DNA of 64,000 nt, taken from contig NC_087252.1 of the NCBI RefSeq assembly GCF_037042905.1, forward strand, positions 23,252,001-23,316,000, in the 5' to 3' direction. The DNA comes from Lytechinus pictus. Lineage: Eukaryota. Below, piece after piece: positions 37,163-50,230 of the stretch. Under the pieces are notes generated by a model. That model worked only from the letters and a program-made list of their open reading frames with translations, made no database searches and was not told the origin of the DNA. The translations under genes were made by a program, and so were the position numbers. The stretch's first letter is position 1. Every line of letters starts with the position of its first letter.

Positions 37163-37984
37163 AGAACTTCTGTTATATAAAAAGATGCAAAGCTGTTGAA
37201 ATATCGCACATTTCTTGGTATTGTCGTTTCTACTTAGTGATATCCATCAGTAGAATTTGGAAAATTTATTTGGCGGGGGTTTTGACACCAAGAGTACAGG
37301 GAAAAAAATCCATCTTGCCGTCATTACACCAAAATCTTTCCGATAAATTACATGTGTCAAGAATAGAAATACAACAATGTATTTTGTTTTTAACATACAT
37401 AATGCTTGAACTGGTGTAATATCTTCGACATAATGTCATCCAATTGTTACACAAATAGTATGTAGACATAACGCGTTTTTTTTTTCCAAATAAATATCGT
37501 ATCTCCAGGTACTTAAAACCTGAAGTTGGAATAGCTCGGATGTTCGCCGGACAATACTGTGCTTTTCAGTGAACACTACTGTTGAACAAAAATATAAAGT
37601 TAGATTGAGTAAATATTGAATATTAAACAAACGTGTAAATTGGGAAGTCATATGTTAAATATGCGGCGGTATGCAAATGAGTGAAATAATGACGCCACAT
37701 ACCAAATATATCTTGTTTTGGTGCATTTTATCACATCACAGTTTATATTCGCCATGGTACACGTAATATCATCTTTCTGGTAACTTTGTAGTTTAACCGT
37801 AGAATTAGAGTCCGTTTTTTAATTGAATAATATACATACAATTACGTCATAAAAGTTTCTTTACCACCATATCAATTCTCATTGACAGATTCTTTGTAAA
37901 CTGAAATGAGAATGTCAGTTTATGTCCAAAAAAAAAACAAAACACTTTTGTTACAAAGCTATGATATTAATGTAAATATGATTT

Positions 37985-38357
37985 TTAGGCTCAGTCGGTA
38001 ACGCGTCTGCCCGTCGAACCAAAGATCGTGGGTTCGAGTCCACCCCGGGCGGATGACTGAAGCCAATGCGTTGTGTGTAAACGTCTCTCCCATGTTTCAT
38101 AGATGCAGGCTATGTTACAATGGAAAACACTCCGTCCCTCGGATAGGAGGCCCCGTGTAGAGGAGAGTCACCACCTTTGCACGTTAAGAACCCACTGCAC
38201 TATTCGTATAAGAGTAGGGGGAAACCCCGGTGTAGTGGTCCACCTGCACTCCCCCAATCAGTTGTATCGGGAGGAGAGACCTGCGGGTCATAGTGATTCA
38301 GTTCGCTTTTCACCTCCCAGGCACAGGTGACCCCCAACAAATAATAATGATAATAAT
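37985..38357 (+). mobile_element. tRNA-derived SINE with Deu/Nin-like central domain
   Basis: tRNA head (ggctcagtcggta...gggttcgagtcc), then gcacgttaagaacccactgcactattcg..aagagtaggg resembling the Deu/Nin conserved domain, then an (AAT)n tail. Confidence 0.65.
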
Positions 38358-38604
38358 TTTCAATTTAAAAAGTCGATTTTTTTTTGCTCGCTTGTTTCGC
38401 TCGTGCGCGACTATTGACACATTTCCTCCGTAAACCATGCTGTGCCCCTAATAACTTTAGACTCATTATGCTACTGGTGGCAATGATATCAAATCGAGTA
38501 TAATAATGACAGTATACATGCTGTATAGAGACATATGCTATGATTATATGCAACGTAATACAATGTTTGCTTAGCACTGCATACTATCATCACTGCTTTT
38601 TAGC

Positions 38605-38792
38605 ACTGCCACTCTGCTCGGGAGCTTGAGCATTCAAGGAATGTCCTCCTACCGGGTACCCATTTACTACACCTGGGTGGGGAGTGGCAGATGTAGACAA
38701 ATGCCTTGCCAAAGGACGTGAGTGTTGTCGTGGGATGCGAACCCCGGATCTTGTGTTTCAAACTCCGGCGACTTATCCACGGAGCCACCATA
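38605..38792 (-). mobile_element. tRNA-derived SINE (same family as 287-468)
   Basis: Collinear similarity with 295-468. Confidence 0.72.
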
Positions 38793-39940
38793 CTCTCTAC
38801 AAACTGACAAGACGATTCGCATGATACTTGTTTGTCACTTGTTTTGACATGACAGATTTGTTTCTTCTGTATTTTACGGTACGTGGCATCCTATTGTGCT
38901 GTATGATGGCAGGCATTATGAAAACGCGAACATAAAAAGTACATGACCTTTGTATGTACACAGGAGTCATACTCATCCCACGCAGGCAAACAAACCCTTA
39001 CACACACAAATGGCGCAGTTTTCTTGGAAATAATTACATATTCTTATGGCTTGTGCCATGGAATTTTTCGATCATTTCAATGGGCCTGTAGATGAACTTC
39101 ATAATGGTAAGTTTCGGTCATGTTCGCTCATTTGGTTTGCGGAGCAGACGATGCTAGCCTGCTAGTATATAGTATACTTACGCAGACCCTATTGCAAATT
39201 CAAAATCAATTCGGGACTCGATATTTGCTTCCTCAAACTGTAGCTATATTATAAATATCAGTAGGCAAAGTTTATAGTACAATAACATTGTTACTTTCAT
39301 CATTAAATGCGTTAATTAAGTTTGTTTGGACTGTATTAATTGTTTCAAATGAAAAGGGTCTAGGAACGGAAACTATCATACGTTAGTCACGTGACGTTTT
39401 ACACAGAAATATGCCATGTTCTGCCTGCTCGATCTCAAAGTTTGGGAGAAAAATGAAATTTAACCATTATACCAGTCATAAAGTATTATACATCAAACTG
39501 TAGGTAATCTATTTAGCATTGAGATGACAATCGATCTCGATCTTTTTTACCCTAATCGATATTCCAGTGGGAAAACAAAGGTGCCAGCGTCTTGAAAATA
39601 TGGGTGGTTTTAGACCGTTTGCCATAGCAAGAGTTGTGAACATGGACACTATCAAATGAACATCGAGACGTTAAAGGTGAATTAATTGAAATAATGTTTA
39701 CATTAAATTAATGGATTTTGAAAAAAAAATCACACTATTATCAATCTGGTGTGAGATTATTAATAGTTATAAAGATATACCCGGATTTCTGCAATATTAC
39801 GTCCATGCATGGAAACCACTGTTCCCTGTGTTCAAGCTGCATGTGTGTGGGGACTTTCGGACACTCAAATGCACGCGACTAACCATTATATATATATATA
39901 TATATATATAAAACTTTATTCGGTTTAAAACATAGATACA

Positions 39941-39968
39941 TACTATACTACTACTACTACTACTACTT

Positions 39969-40013
<45 letters not shown>

Positions 40014-40100
40014 TTACTACTACTACTACTACTACTACTATTACTACTACTACTAATAATAATGATGATAATAGTAATAATAATAATAATAATAATAATA
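39941..40100. repeat. (CTA)n/(TAA)n microsatellite
   Basis: Visible. Confidence 0.92.
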
Positions 40101-40387
40101 TGTCCATTTATATAACGCAGTTACTATATGCATATACTCAACTGCGCGCGCGTACATGGTATCCTATTATTACCCCGGCAGTAGCTAAACCGCCATATTA
40201 ATAGGCGCTAAAGCGTTCAAGAAATAAATGCATGATACAAAGGTCCAAGAACCAAAATGAACGTGCTTACAAAAAATACAACATTATTGTAGATGAAAAG
40301 TAATAGTAACAACCAAAACAGACTACTGAACATCGAACAAAAATATATCTAAATGCATTCAACACGAAAACTATTATAAACCTATTA

Positions 40388-43154
40388 TAGTCCAGGATAG
40401 GCCCCATAGACAAGGGGTCGAACCTTGTTTTTTTAGATATACAATGTTTTTTGATGGTTTCTTGTCAATTCGAGGGTGCTGATTCCGAATCTGAATGATG
40501 CCACTCTTGTAACCTTGAGCATTTTCCGCAAATTGGCAAAATCCAATATGGCCGCCATAATACCCATGCAAATCATAAAATTGCCAACACATTAGCTATA
40601 AAATGCATGTAGTTGTTGTGCAGAAGTGAAATACCAATTGGAAAAGCGATATTTGACAAAATATTTATTTTATTGATATTCAAAATGGCCGCCATAACCC
40701 CTGTATACTTTATTATGTAGAATATGAATGGGGAAAATATTTTTTCAAACAAGAGCACTATTATTGCATGTGATTGTGACCTGCGAGTGGACTACTGTCT
40801 GAAAACATGACTATTAACAAAACTATGTCATTTGTATACTATCTAATGTGATAAATGCTGTATTATGATATTCAAAATGGCTGTCATAGACCCCTTATAC
40901 TGTGTACAATATATAAAAGGGGAAAAATAATTTTCACAACCTTTGAATTTGTTTGACTTTAAAATGCCAATAACTGCGAAATATTGGTGTAACACTGTCT
41001 GACAACAAGGATTTCTAACGAAACATATCATTTCCCTTGCAATTTCGGTAATTATGCTGCATGTTGACATTCAAAATGGCTGCCATAGGCCCTATCTGTA
41101 TTATGAACAAAGCGAATGAAGAAACTAATTTTCACAAGAGTAAAAACAATAAAATGAATGTAATTGTAATATATACGAGTGAAATATTGTCTAAACACAT
41201 GATTTCTGGCGAAACATATCATTTCATTTTTCATGCATGAGATAAATGCTGTATTGTAAAATTCAAAATGGCCCCTATGGGCCCTTACAGTATTATCTAC
41301 AATGTAAATGGGGACAAATACTTTTGAAAGAATTAGGATTTGCCTGACTATGAAATCCATATAATTCTGTTGTATAAGGAAAATATTGTTTGAAAACGTG
41401 ATTTTTTTAATGAAATATAACATTTCCTCTCCCATAGGTGATAAATACTGTATTTTGACTTTCAAAACGGCCGCACAAGCCCCTACAAATTCTGTAACAT
41501 GCGTATAGGGAAACTAATCATCACCAGAATGAGAACCAAAAACGCACGTAACTATGTGATGTATAGGTAAAATTTGGTCTTGAACATGATTTCTGACTAA
41601 ATACATCACATAATGGTTGAGAAGGTAATAAAGGCCTTACTTTGAAATTCAAAATTGCTGCCATAGCCCAAAGTAGTATGTACATTGTAACTGGGGACAG
41701 ATAATTTTGACAAAATTTTTACTATGAAAATGGCTTAATTTTGATGTAAGTGTTGTCTAAACCCAATGATTTCTAACGAAATATATCATAGCTTGTGTCA
41801 TAAAGGTGATGAATGCAGCCTTTTAAAAATGAAAAATGGCCGCCATAGTCCCTTATCTTAATATGTAAAATTTGAATGGGGAAAGATAATTTCCACAAAG
41901 AAACATATTGCAGCCATTTTGAAATTTAAATATAGCATTTATCACCTAAATAACATAAGAAATGATCTATTTGGTTACAAAATCATATTTTCAGACGATA
42001 TTTCACTCATACATGCAACACCATTTAGTCAAGCAAAGCCAAAATTCTGTTAAAATTATATGTTCCCATTCACAAAGTACATAATAGTCCTACTGTTAGG
42101 GCCTGTAGCGGCCATTTTGACTTTCAAAATACATTATTTATCACCTACCTGGCAGAATGAATGATATATCTTGTTAGGAATTATGTTTTCAGACAATATT
42201 TTACTCTTAAATCACAATTATATGCATGTTATGGTGCTGACTCATGTGAAAATTGGTTTCCCAGTTCGATTGTACATAATACAGTCAATGTCTTTTGGCG
42301 GCCATTGTGAAAGTCAAAATACAATATTTAACACAAATATGAAACCCGAATAATATATTTCGTTGCAAATTATATTTGAAGACAGTATTCCACTAATTTA
42401 CCACAAAAAATACGTTTTAGTGCTCACCTTGTGATTGTTTTGTCCTCTCTCACATCGTAGATCATAATTTTAGGGCCTTTGGCGGTCATATTAAATATCA
42501 AAATACAGGGTTTATCACATACATGGCATGTTAAATAATAAATTTCGTTAACAAAAATGTTTTTAGTCAGTATTCCACTCGTTTATCTCAACAAAATGCA
42601 TTTTAGTGCTCACTCTTGTGATTTTTTTGTGTCACCATTCACATTGTACATAATAGTGTTAGGGCTTTTGAAGGCCATTTTGAATATCAAAATACAGGAT
42701 TTATCACATAACTGACATAACAAATGATATATATCGTTAGCAATCATGTTTACAGACATTGCTTCACTCATAGATCATAATTACTTGCATTTCAGTGCTC
42801 AATTTTGTAAAAATTAATTTTCCCCATTCATATTGTACAGGGGTCTATGATGGCGGCCATTTTGATATCAAGAAAATAAATATTTTGACAAAAATCATTT
42901 TTTCAGATATTATTTCACTCCGGCAGCACAATTGCATGTACTTTAAAGCCAATGTGTAGACAATTTTATGATTTTCATGGGTAATTTGAATATTTTGGCG
43001 GCCATATTGGATTTTGCCAATTTGCAGAAAATGCTCAAGGTTACACGAGTGGCATCATTCAGATTCGGAATCAGCACCCTCGAATTGACAAGAAACCATT
43101 AAAAAACATTGTATATATAAAAAAACAAGGTTCGACCCCTTCTATCCTGGACTA
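40388..43154. mobile_element. Academ-like non-autonomous DNA transposon with long TIRs and inverted internal repeats
   Basis: Termini TAGTCCAGGATAG / CTATCCTGGACTA; 3-bp TSD TTA at 40385-40387 and 43155-43157; TIRs of about 300 bp. Internal ~190-bp units carry aaaatggccgcc and flip orientation near 41900. Confidence 0.8.
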
Positions 43155-43219
43155 TTAACAGAAGTCAGTAGAAGTGTAGAATATGAGCAGTCAGTCCACA
43201 AGACCTGAAAAAGTAGCTT

Positions 43220-44140
43220 CTTTTATCCAAGTGATATTCATGACAAGAGGGTTTTTGCATAGTTAATGAGCTTGGTGCGAACCAAAACACCTCTTTTTAT
43301 TCGGCCATTGCTGTTCTAAATATTTACAAAATTTCATGTTTTTGGTATCTTTGTAAAGAAGAAGAATCATTCTATTAGGTCATGTGTTTGGATTTTTAAA
43401 AGAATGTTGTAATATAGGTAAAAAATTTGATCTAAAACATGAAACAAAATATTTTTTTCATGCAACAAAAGTTGTTGTTTTCACACTTAATTTCTGTTTA
43501 GGCACAAATGATTTTTAAATCATGATAAAGCTGAAGATCTAAGCTTTAATATGATATAATTTCTATAAGAAGATGTATTTTAGATGGGTCAGCAGCCAGC
43601 TTTTCATAGGCCAAGTACATTTTGCAGCTCAAAAACAAGAATACTGCGCTCTGATTGGTCATAGACCACACACCCACGCAAATTCCTATGTTCCCCACAC
43701 TGGGCCTCTGCAAGGTCACACTCACCATGCGGTAATCTCTTCAAATTACCCGCGCCTGTTTGTTTTGAAAACAGTATTCAGCCAATCAGAACTCTGGATT
43801 TTATGTTACTCAGAAATTTCAGAAATCTCGTCTTGCATCTTGATGGAAATAACTGGCTACTGACCCATCTAAAAGATGCCACATATCAAGAGTGACATTG
43901 TAAGAAAGTATAGAGTTTGAGCTTTCTGATGATATAAATAATGTTGGTGCCTAAAACACAAAATGTTGCACAATTTGCAAGTGAAAACAGAGGAAGAAAA
44001 TTCTGTTTGATGCATCTTTTCAGGTAAAAAATTCACTTATTTATCAAAATATTTTATTCAAAAGAAATGACTAATATAAAAGGGTAACATTTACTCTTGC
44101 CCATGGTACAAAAATAATCAATATTACTCAAGGAGAAAGT
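43220..44140. mobile_element. Probable degraded non-autonomous DNA element
   Basis: Internal inverted repeat ttttagatgggtcagcagccag (~43578) / ctggctactgacccatctaaaa (~43853). Termini are poorly resolved. Confidence 0.4.
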
Positions 44141-44672
44141 GGTTAAATTCTTTGAGAAAGAAAGTCTCACAATTCACGAGATTTTGCAGGGACATGAATT
44201 CAGCCACGAGAGGACTTGGATAAATCTTGCTCATTTGCTCATCAACACAGGGGCTTGCGGACTGACTGTGAGGTTCTAAAACATAATCTTGCACCATTGC
44301 ACCCTCCCACAAGCATGCTCGCAAACACCCACACCCCGACACACACCCTCAATGATTCTACTCACTGGCTGAGGGGTGGGGAGGGGCTTGCGCGATTGGA
44401 CTGGATTTCGTAGGATCGTCCCGCCCACCTTCGAAAATTTGAGTATTAATCTTATTTTTGTGCGAAGGAGCAAATTTCCTTTGTGCTGACAAAATGAACA
44501 TTTTTATTTTGAGAGCACATTAATAATTGTTGCACAGATAACACAACGCAAAAGGATCGAATATTCAAATGCTGTATAAAGAATCAGCAAATGAATACAT
44601 TGCGACTAAAACAGTCTCAAAATAATAATAATAATAACAATAAATGATGATGAAGATGATGATGACAACAAT

Positions 44673-45261
44673 CAAGTCCACCCCAGAGAAATGTTGACTT
44701 GAATGAATAAAGAAAAATCAAACAAGCATAATGCTGAAAATTTGATCAAAATCGGATGTAAAATAAGAAAGTTAAGACATTTTAAAGTTTCGCTTATATT
44801 TGACAAAACAGTTATATGCACTACTCAGTGGCATGTAAATGAGAGAGTCGATGATGTCCATCACTCACTATTTCTATTGTTTGATTTATACAATATTTCA
44901 ATTTTTACCAATTTGACATCAAGGACCAACTTAACTGAACCATAAAATGTTATAACATGGTAATGCCACAAGTTCAGCTAGGAATAAAACTTAGTTTCAC
45001 AGGACAATGAGGAGAAAATTAGAATATTTCATATTTCATATAATAAAATACAAAATAAATAGTGAGTGATGTCATCAGCCCCCTCATTTGCATACCGACC
45101 AGGATGTGCATATAACTGTTTTGTGAAATTAAGCGAAACTTTAAAATGTCATAACTTTCTTATTTTACATCTGATTTTGATGAAATTTTCAATGTTATAC
45201 TTGTTTGATTTTTCTCTTTGTATTCAAATCAACTTTTTGTTGGGGTGGACTTGTCCTTTAA
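44673..45261. mobile_element. Kolobok-like MITE, same family as 19828-20382
   Basis: caagtccaccccag ... tggggtggacttgtcctttaa, with long TIRs. Confidence 0.75.
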
Positions 45262-48009
45262 TGATCTAATAAATTTACTCTGGGTAGCCACTCTTCAAGT
45301 GGGCGCTGCATTATCCCTCTCTTTTCTCCTATACGTCGAACACCTGACAAGAATTGAGGCAGAAGGTTCCATTTTTAAAGTCTTTGGTATGACGCGGCCA
45401 CCATGTCTTAAATTTGATAATATGTCCAGTAAAGTATTTGGTCATTGGCCATGTTGAGATTGCAACACACAAATTTAAGGTCAATGGTGTATGTTGTTTA
45501 GTAAGGGCAAGGTATGTTTCTTTTTGCATTGGATTGTCTTTGATCCTTGGTAAAAGCGTTGTATTCTTTCATTTTCTTTGTACTGTGATATACGCTCCTT
45601 TCAGTTGATGTAATCATGCGCGTATTAATTAACACTCGTGAGAATGAACTAAATCTCCAAAAACTCTTAAAAAAAACCCAGAAATATTGGGTAGAAAGGG
45701 AACATGCATGTTTGCTGGGTAATCCCCCTCCCATATTGGACAAAATGCATGTTTGAAGGGTCAATTTCAACGCAACATTGCGTAAAATTAACTAAATATT
45801 TGGTATCTTTTTACACAACAAACATGCATGTTCCCATTTTACCCAATATTGGGTATACTGTTTTTTTAAAGTAAAATACAAGCATAACATCAGTTCAGGG
45901 AGGCGCGTACCCAGGATTTATTAAACGTCTTATCTTTGCATGAATTAAGCCATACGATTATCAAACACATGTCATTAATAAAGAAAGTATACGTTCTATT
46001 TTCTTTAAGTTGATTGATAAGATACCTCATCTCAGCTTCGTTTTGGATAGATATCTTCTTGGAAGTCTCCTCGGAGATAATAGTTGTCCCACCACTTCCA
46101 CACTCTGCAAGTATTTGCATGTTTAGTATATAATAATAACAATGATGATAATAATAACAATATTAATGATGATAATAGTAATAATAATAATATTAATAAT
46201 GATGATGATGATGATGATAATGATAATAATAATAACAATGGTGATGATGATGATGATAATATAATAATAATAATAACAATAATAATGATGATGCTTTAAG
46301 ATGTGTGGAAAGGACGGGATGAAAATAGATAAGTGACCGAGAAAAAGAGGAACGGGGGAGGGATACAGGAAATATAAAAGGAGGCACGTCTATTGAAATA
46401 GGTACAAATTTTGAGGCGGAGTTGTGAAGCACGCAAAGTTCGTGAGAACGTCATCACAGTTAGATTTTCAGTTTTCACATAACCTGAATTAAAAAAAAAA
46501 TCATATACGAATATTTTTGCTCATAATTGTCACGTGGCATGACATGAAATGTTCATAGTCCCCTGCGACCCAGGGTAGTGCTATCTTCCAGGGGCCGCGG
46601 AAGGGTTTTCAAAGTGGGGTGGGGGGGGGGGCTGACCATGCAAAAAATCACAATCATATGGTCATTTTTACGTTTTTGTACACGGTTTTGGAAAGAAGTG
46701 GGGGGGGGGGGGCTTCGTGTGACGTTGTATTTGCCAGAGTTCTATTGAGCGCTATATCTAAGCTGAAAATAAAAACACATTCGCAAGGAGTAATGATCAT
46801 GATGATAAAGGAACTCATGTTCTATCACGTGCCGCATATTATGTACTAAAATATGATGAAAATATGATGACAGTTTTGAGAACTGGAGGTGATGAAATTT
46901 GAGAGAGATAAAGGAAGACAAAGAATACGAGGGCGTGTCATTGAGTGTGTTTATGTGTGTCAGAGAGAGAGAGAGAGAGAAAGAGAGGCACATAAACGAA
47001 AATGTGAACATCTGTGTGGGTGTCTGTGGGGGGATGTGAAATCTTGTGTGTGTGAAAAAGTTTGTCCCTTTGACTTTAAGGGGGGGGGGATGTGCTTGAA
47101 TTTGAGGGACTCTTTCTGACAAGCAAAATACACAACACAGGCTATCACTACAATATCGGTTACATCCCCCAATAACAAGCCGTCTTCCTCTAAAAATATG
47201 TTTTACTGGAAATGGAGCATATTTCAATCAGTTGTACAGTTAATTAGTGCACAATGGGTGGCACTAGGCCAACATACCACAAAGAACTTTTTTAATATAC
47301 GTCTTACACCAAGATTACTATGATATTTAGCAATAATGTATGGGGCCTGCTTTTGGCTATTTAGGGCATTTATTTCGACAACTCAATGGCGAATGAAATT
47401 CAAAAGTACCCCTTTTATTATAAATGGTATTAATTTGTATCATTTCAAGAAGCTTCGCGATACCATTGGGTTTTTTTCTTCTAAATTTTGGCATATTTTT
47501 ATCATGTTTATCACTGGCGGATCCAGGATGGGGGGCACAGCCGGCCCGTGTCCACACAATTGAAATTTGTAATGTAAAAATGCTGTTAAAAACCCAAGTG
47601 TGCCCCCCCCCCCTTGAAAGTGAAGACCTTTTTTTTTGCTTTTTAAATTTTCCTCGGGAAAATTGTGTTTATGTTCATATTTCGTCCGGTGGCTCAATGG
47701 ATTTTCGTTTCATCTATATTTTTTCTACACCACTTACCCACCCTTTGCCAAGTTTATGCCTGATGCTTTGTGTTATGTTATGTTAATGCATCATCTCAAT
47801 AATTAATGTCACCTAATATCATGATAAAGATCTATCATCGCGATATTGATCGCCTACCCCTTCATTGACAAATTGTATTATTTCATTTCATTTAAACAAA
47901 AGGCCTGTTCAATGACTTGTACAATTTCAACCTCCCCCACACATAAAAAAAATTATACAGCGCTGTTTACTATATGAACCTTACAGTAATTGTTTAAACA
48001 GTTTAAACA

Positions 48010-50167
48010 AGTGAATATAGAAAGAGCGTTTATAAAACCATAAGAAATAAGGTGACAAATATGATAAAATATGCTAAATTATCTTACTACAAATGTAAGT
48101 TTCAAACTGCTACTGGTAATTCACGTCATACATGGAAAATAATTAATAAAGCACTAGGTCAGCGAAATAAACGAAAAGTCATCAAGTCACTTCTAAATGA
48201 TAATGAGGAAGTTACAGATGCTATCGCAATGAGTGCATGTTTTAACACGTATTTTGTCAATATAGGTCCAAACCTTGTTTCTAAGCTGGGGCAGTGCAAT
48301 AATAGTGTTGATGTTTTGGATTATATAAAAAAGAACGACAAAACTTTATTTTTTCAGCCTATTACACCAAAAGAGATTATAGAAATTGTCAGTGGGTTTA
48401 AGAATAACACAAGTCCTGGATATGATGAAATAACAATCAAAATTCTTAAGAGAGTTGTTCATATTATTTGCATACCACTATGTTCTATATTTAATGCTTG
48501 TCTTGCCATGGGAGTCTTCCCAGATCAACTTAAAATAGCCAAGGTTGTACCTGTGTTTAAGAATGGAGCCCGTGAAATTTTAAAAAACTATCGTCCAATT
48601 TCTGTTTTACCAATTTTTTCTAAGGTTTTTGAAAGATGTATATACAACCGTTTATTAAATTTTATTTCTGAGTGCAATATTTTAAATGACAATCAATATG
48701 GCTTTAGGAAAAATCACTCCACTGCTTCAGCATTAATAGATTTTATTCACAAGGTAGTAAATGCTCTTGATAATAAGGAAACAATGATAGGTCTTTTCCT
48801 TGACCTGAGCAAAGCTTTTGATACGTTGGATCACATAATACTATTACGTAAATTGTTTCATTATGGAATTCGTGGTAATGTTCTTAAGTTATTTGAAAGT
48901 TATCTTTGTAATCGTAAACAGTATGTCACTCTTGCCAACAATAAATCTTCACTTCAACAAATCACTTGTGGGGTTCCCCAAGGGTCAATTTTAGGACCAC
49001 TTCTATTCACTCTATATATCAATGACTTGCCTAACGTATCAAGTGTTATCAAATGTATTTTATTTGCAGATGACACCAGCATGTTCATGTCCCATAAAAA
49101 TCATGATTTTTTACAAAATGTATTCAATAAAGAACTACACAACATATCCAACTGGTTCTTAATAAACAAGTTAACTTTGAATATCTCCAAAACACATTTT
49201 ATGATTTTTTCAAATAAAAAAAGAAATAATATTGATATAAATATTCAATTAAACAACATTCAGATTCAAGAGGTGTCTTCGTTAACATTCTTGGGTGTAA
49301 TCGTTGATAATAAGCTTACTTGGGGTGAACATGTTGGTGTCATCTGTAACAAGATTGCAAAAAATGTTGGTGTATTATACAAATTATGCAGCTTTCCTAG
49401 AGAGATTTTAATTCTTTTATATAATACTTTAATTTTACCTCATTTAAATTATTGCAACCCAGTCTGGGGAAATTCTTTCAAATGTCATATCAACAGATTA
49501 TTTCTTTTACAAAAAAGAGCAATACGAATAATAAATCATGCCCCATACCTTGCCCATACTCAACCAATATTTTGTCATTTGAGAGTACTAAAATTTGAAG
49601 ATATATTTAAGTTCAACATTGCAATTTTCATGTACTCTTGCCATAATAATGTTTTACCGAAGACACTGTTGCAATATTTCTGTACAAATAGTTCCATACA
49701 CATGCATATGACTAGGAATGCATCAAACTTTCACTTGCCATTTTTTAAAACCTCTTTGTATAAACAATCAATATTTTATCAGGGTCCTGTCATTTGGAAT
49801 TCCATTCCTTGCCAAATTCGTAACAGTAAATCTCTAAATGTTTTCAAAAAAAAATATAAGACTTTTTTACTGGATCATTATCATTTGCATTAATATCGTA
49901 GGCTCTTGTATCATAGTTTTGTTTTTGTCTAGGGTTTGTACGGTATTTTGTTTTCTTAATTTTTAGTATAATTGTGTTATTTCAATTTATTTCATTAAGT
50001 ATCTTGGGTTGGCGTTTATAAGGCTCGTCCTTTTTTGCCACTGCCCTCACTCATGTTAACTGGATTTTAATGTATATTCGTGTCATCTATCTTATCTGTT
50101 TATATGTTTGTACTTTGTTGATTTCTTTTTATGAGTGAAAAATAAATACGAATTGAAAAAAAAAAAA
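48010..50167 (+). mobile_element. 5'-truncated non-LTR retrotransposon (CR1/L2-group LINE)
   Basis: Open RT frame, a 3' UTR of about 260 bp, AATAAA near 50141 and an A-tail at 50156-50167. No endonuclease domain or ORF1 is present. Confidence 0.9.
48052..49893 (+). CDS. LINE ORF2 fragment: reverse transcriptase domain and C-terminus (frame open from ~48010; no true start)
   Basis: Motifs SPGYD, NYRPISVLP, QYGFR, FLDLSKAFDT, GVPQGSILGPLLF, LFADDT, FLGVIVD and IWNSIP. Confidence 0.92.
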   Translation: MTNMIKYAKLSYYKCKFQTATGNSRHTWKIINKALGQRNKRKVIKSLLNDNEEVTDAIAMSACFNTYFVNIGPNLVSKLGQCNNSVDVLDYIKKNDKTLFFQPITPKEIIEIVSGFKNNTSPGYDEITIKILKRVVHIICIPLCSIFNACLAMGVFPDQLKIAKVVPVFKNGAREILKNYRPISVLPIFSKVFERCIYNRLLNFISECNILNDNQYGFRKNHSTASALIDFIHKVVNALDNKETMIGLFLDLSKAFDTLDHIILLRKLFHYGIRGNVLKLFESYLCNRKQYVTLANNKSSLQQITCGVPQGSILGPLLFTLYINDLPNVSSVIKCILFADDTSMFMSHKNHDFLQNVFNKELHNISNWFLINKLTLNISKTHFMIFSNKKRNNIDINIQLNNIQIQEVSSLTFLGVIVDNKLTWGEHVGVICNKIAKNVGVLYKLCSFPREILILLYNTLILPHLNYCNPVWGNSFKCHINRLFLLQKRAIRIINHAPYLAHTQPIFCHLRVLKFEDIFKFNIAIFMYSCHNNVLPKTLLQYFCTNSSIHMHMTRNASNFHLPFFKTSLYKQSIFYQGPVIWNSIPCQIRNSKSLNVFKKKYKTFLLDHYHLH

Positions 50168-50230
50168 TCTTAAGCAACAAAGTTTAATTTTCAATATCTA
50201 ATCTTCAAAAAATTAAACATGATTGTTTAA

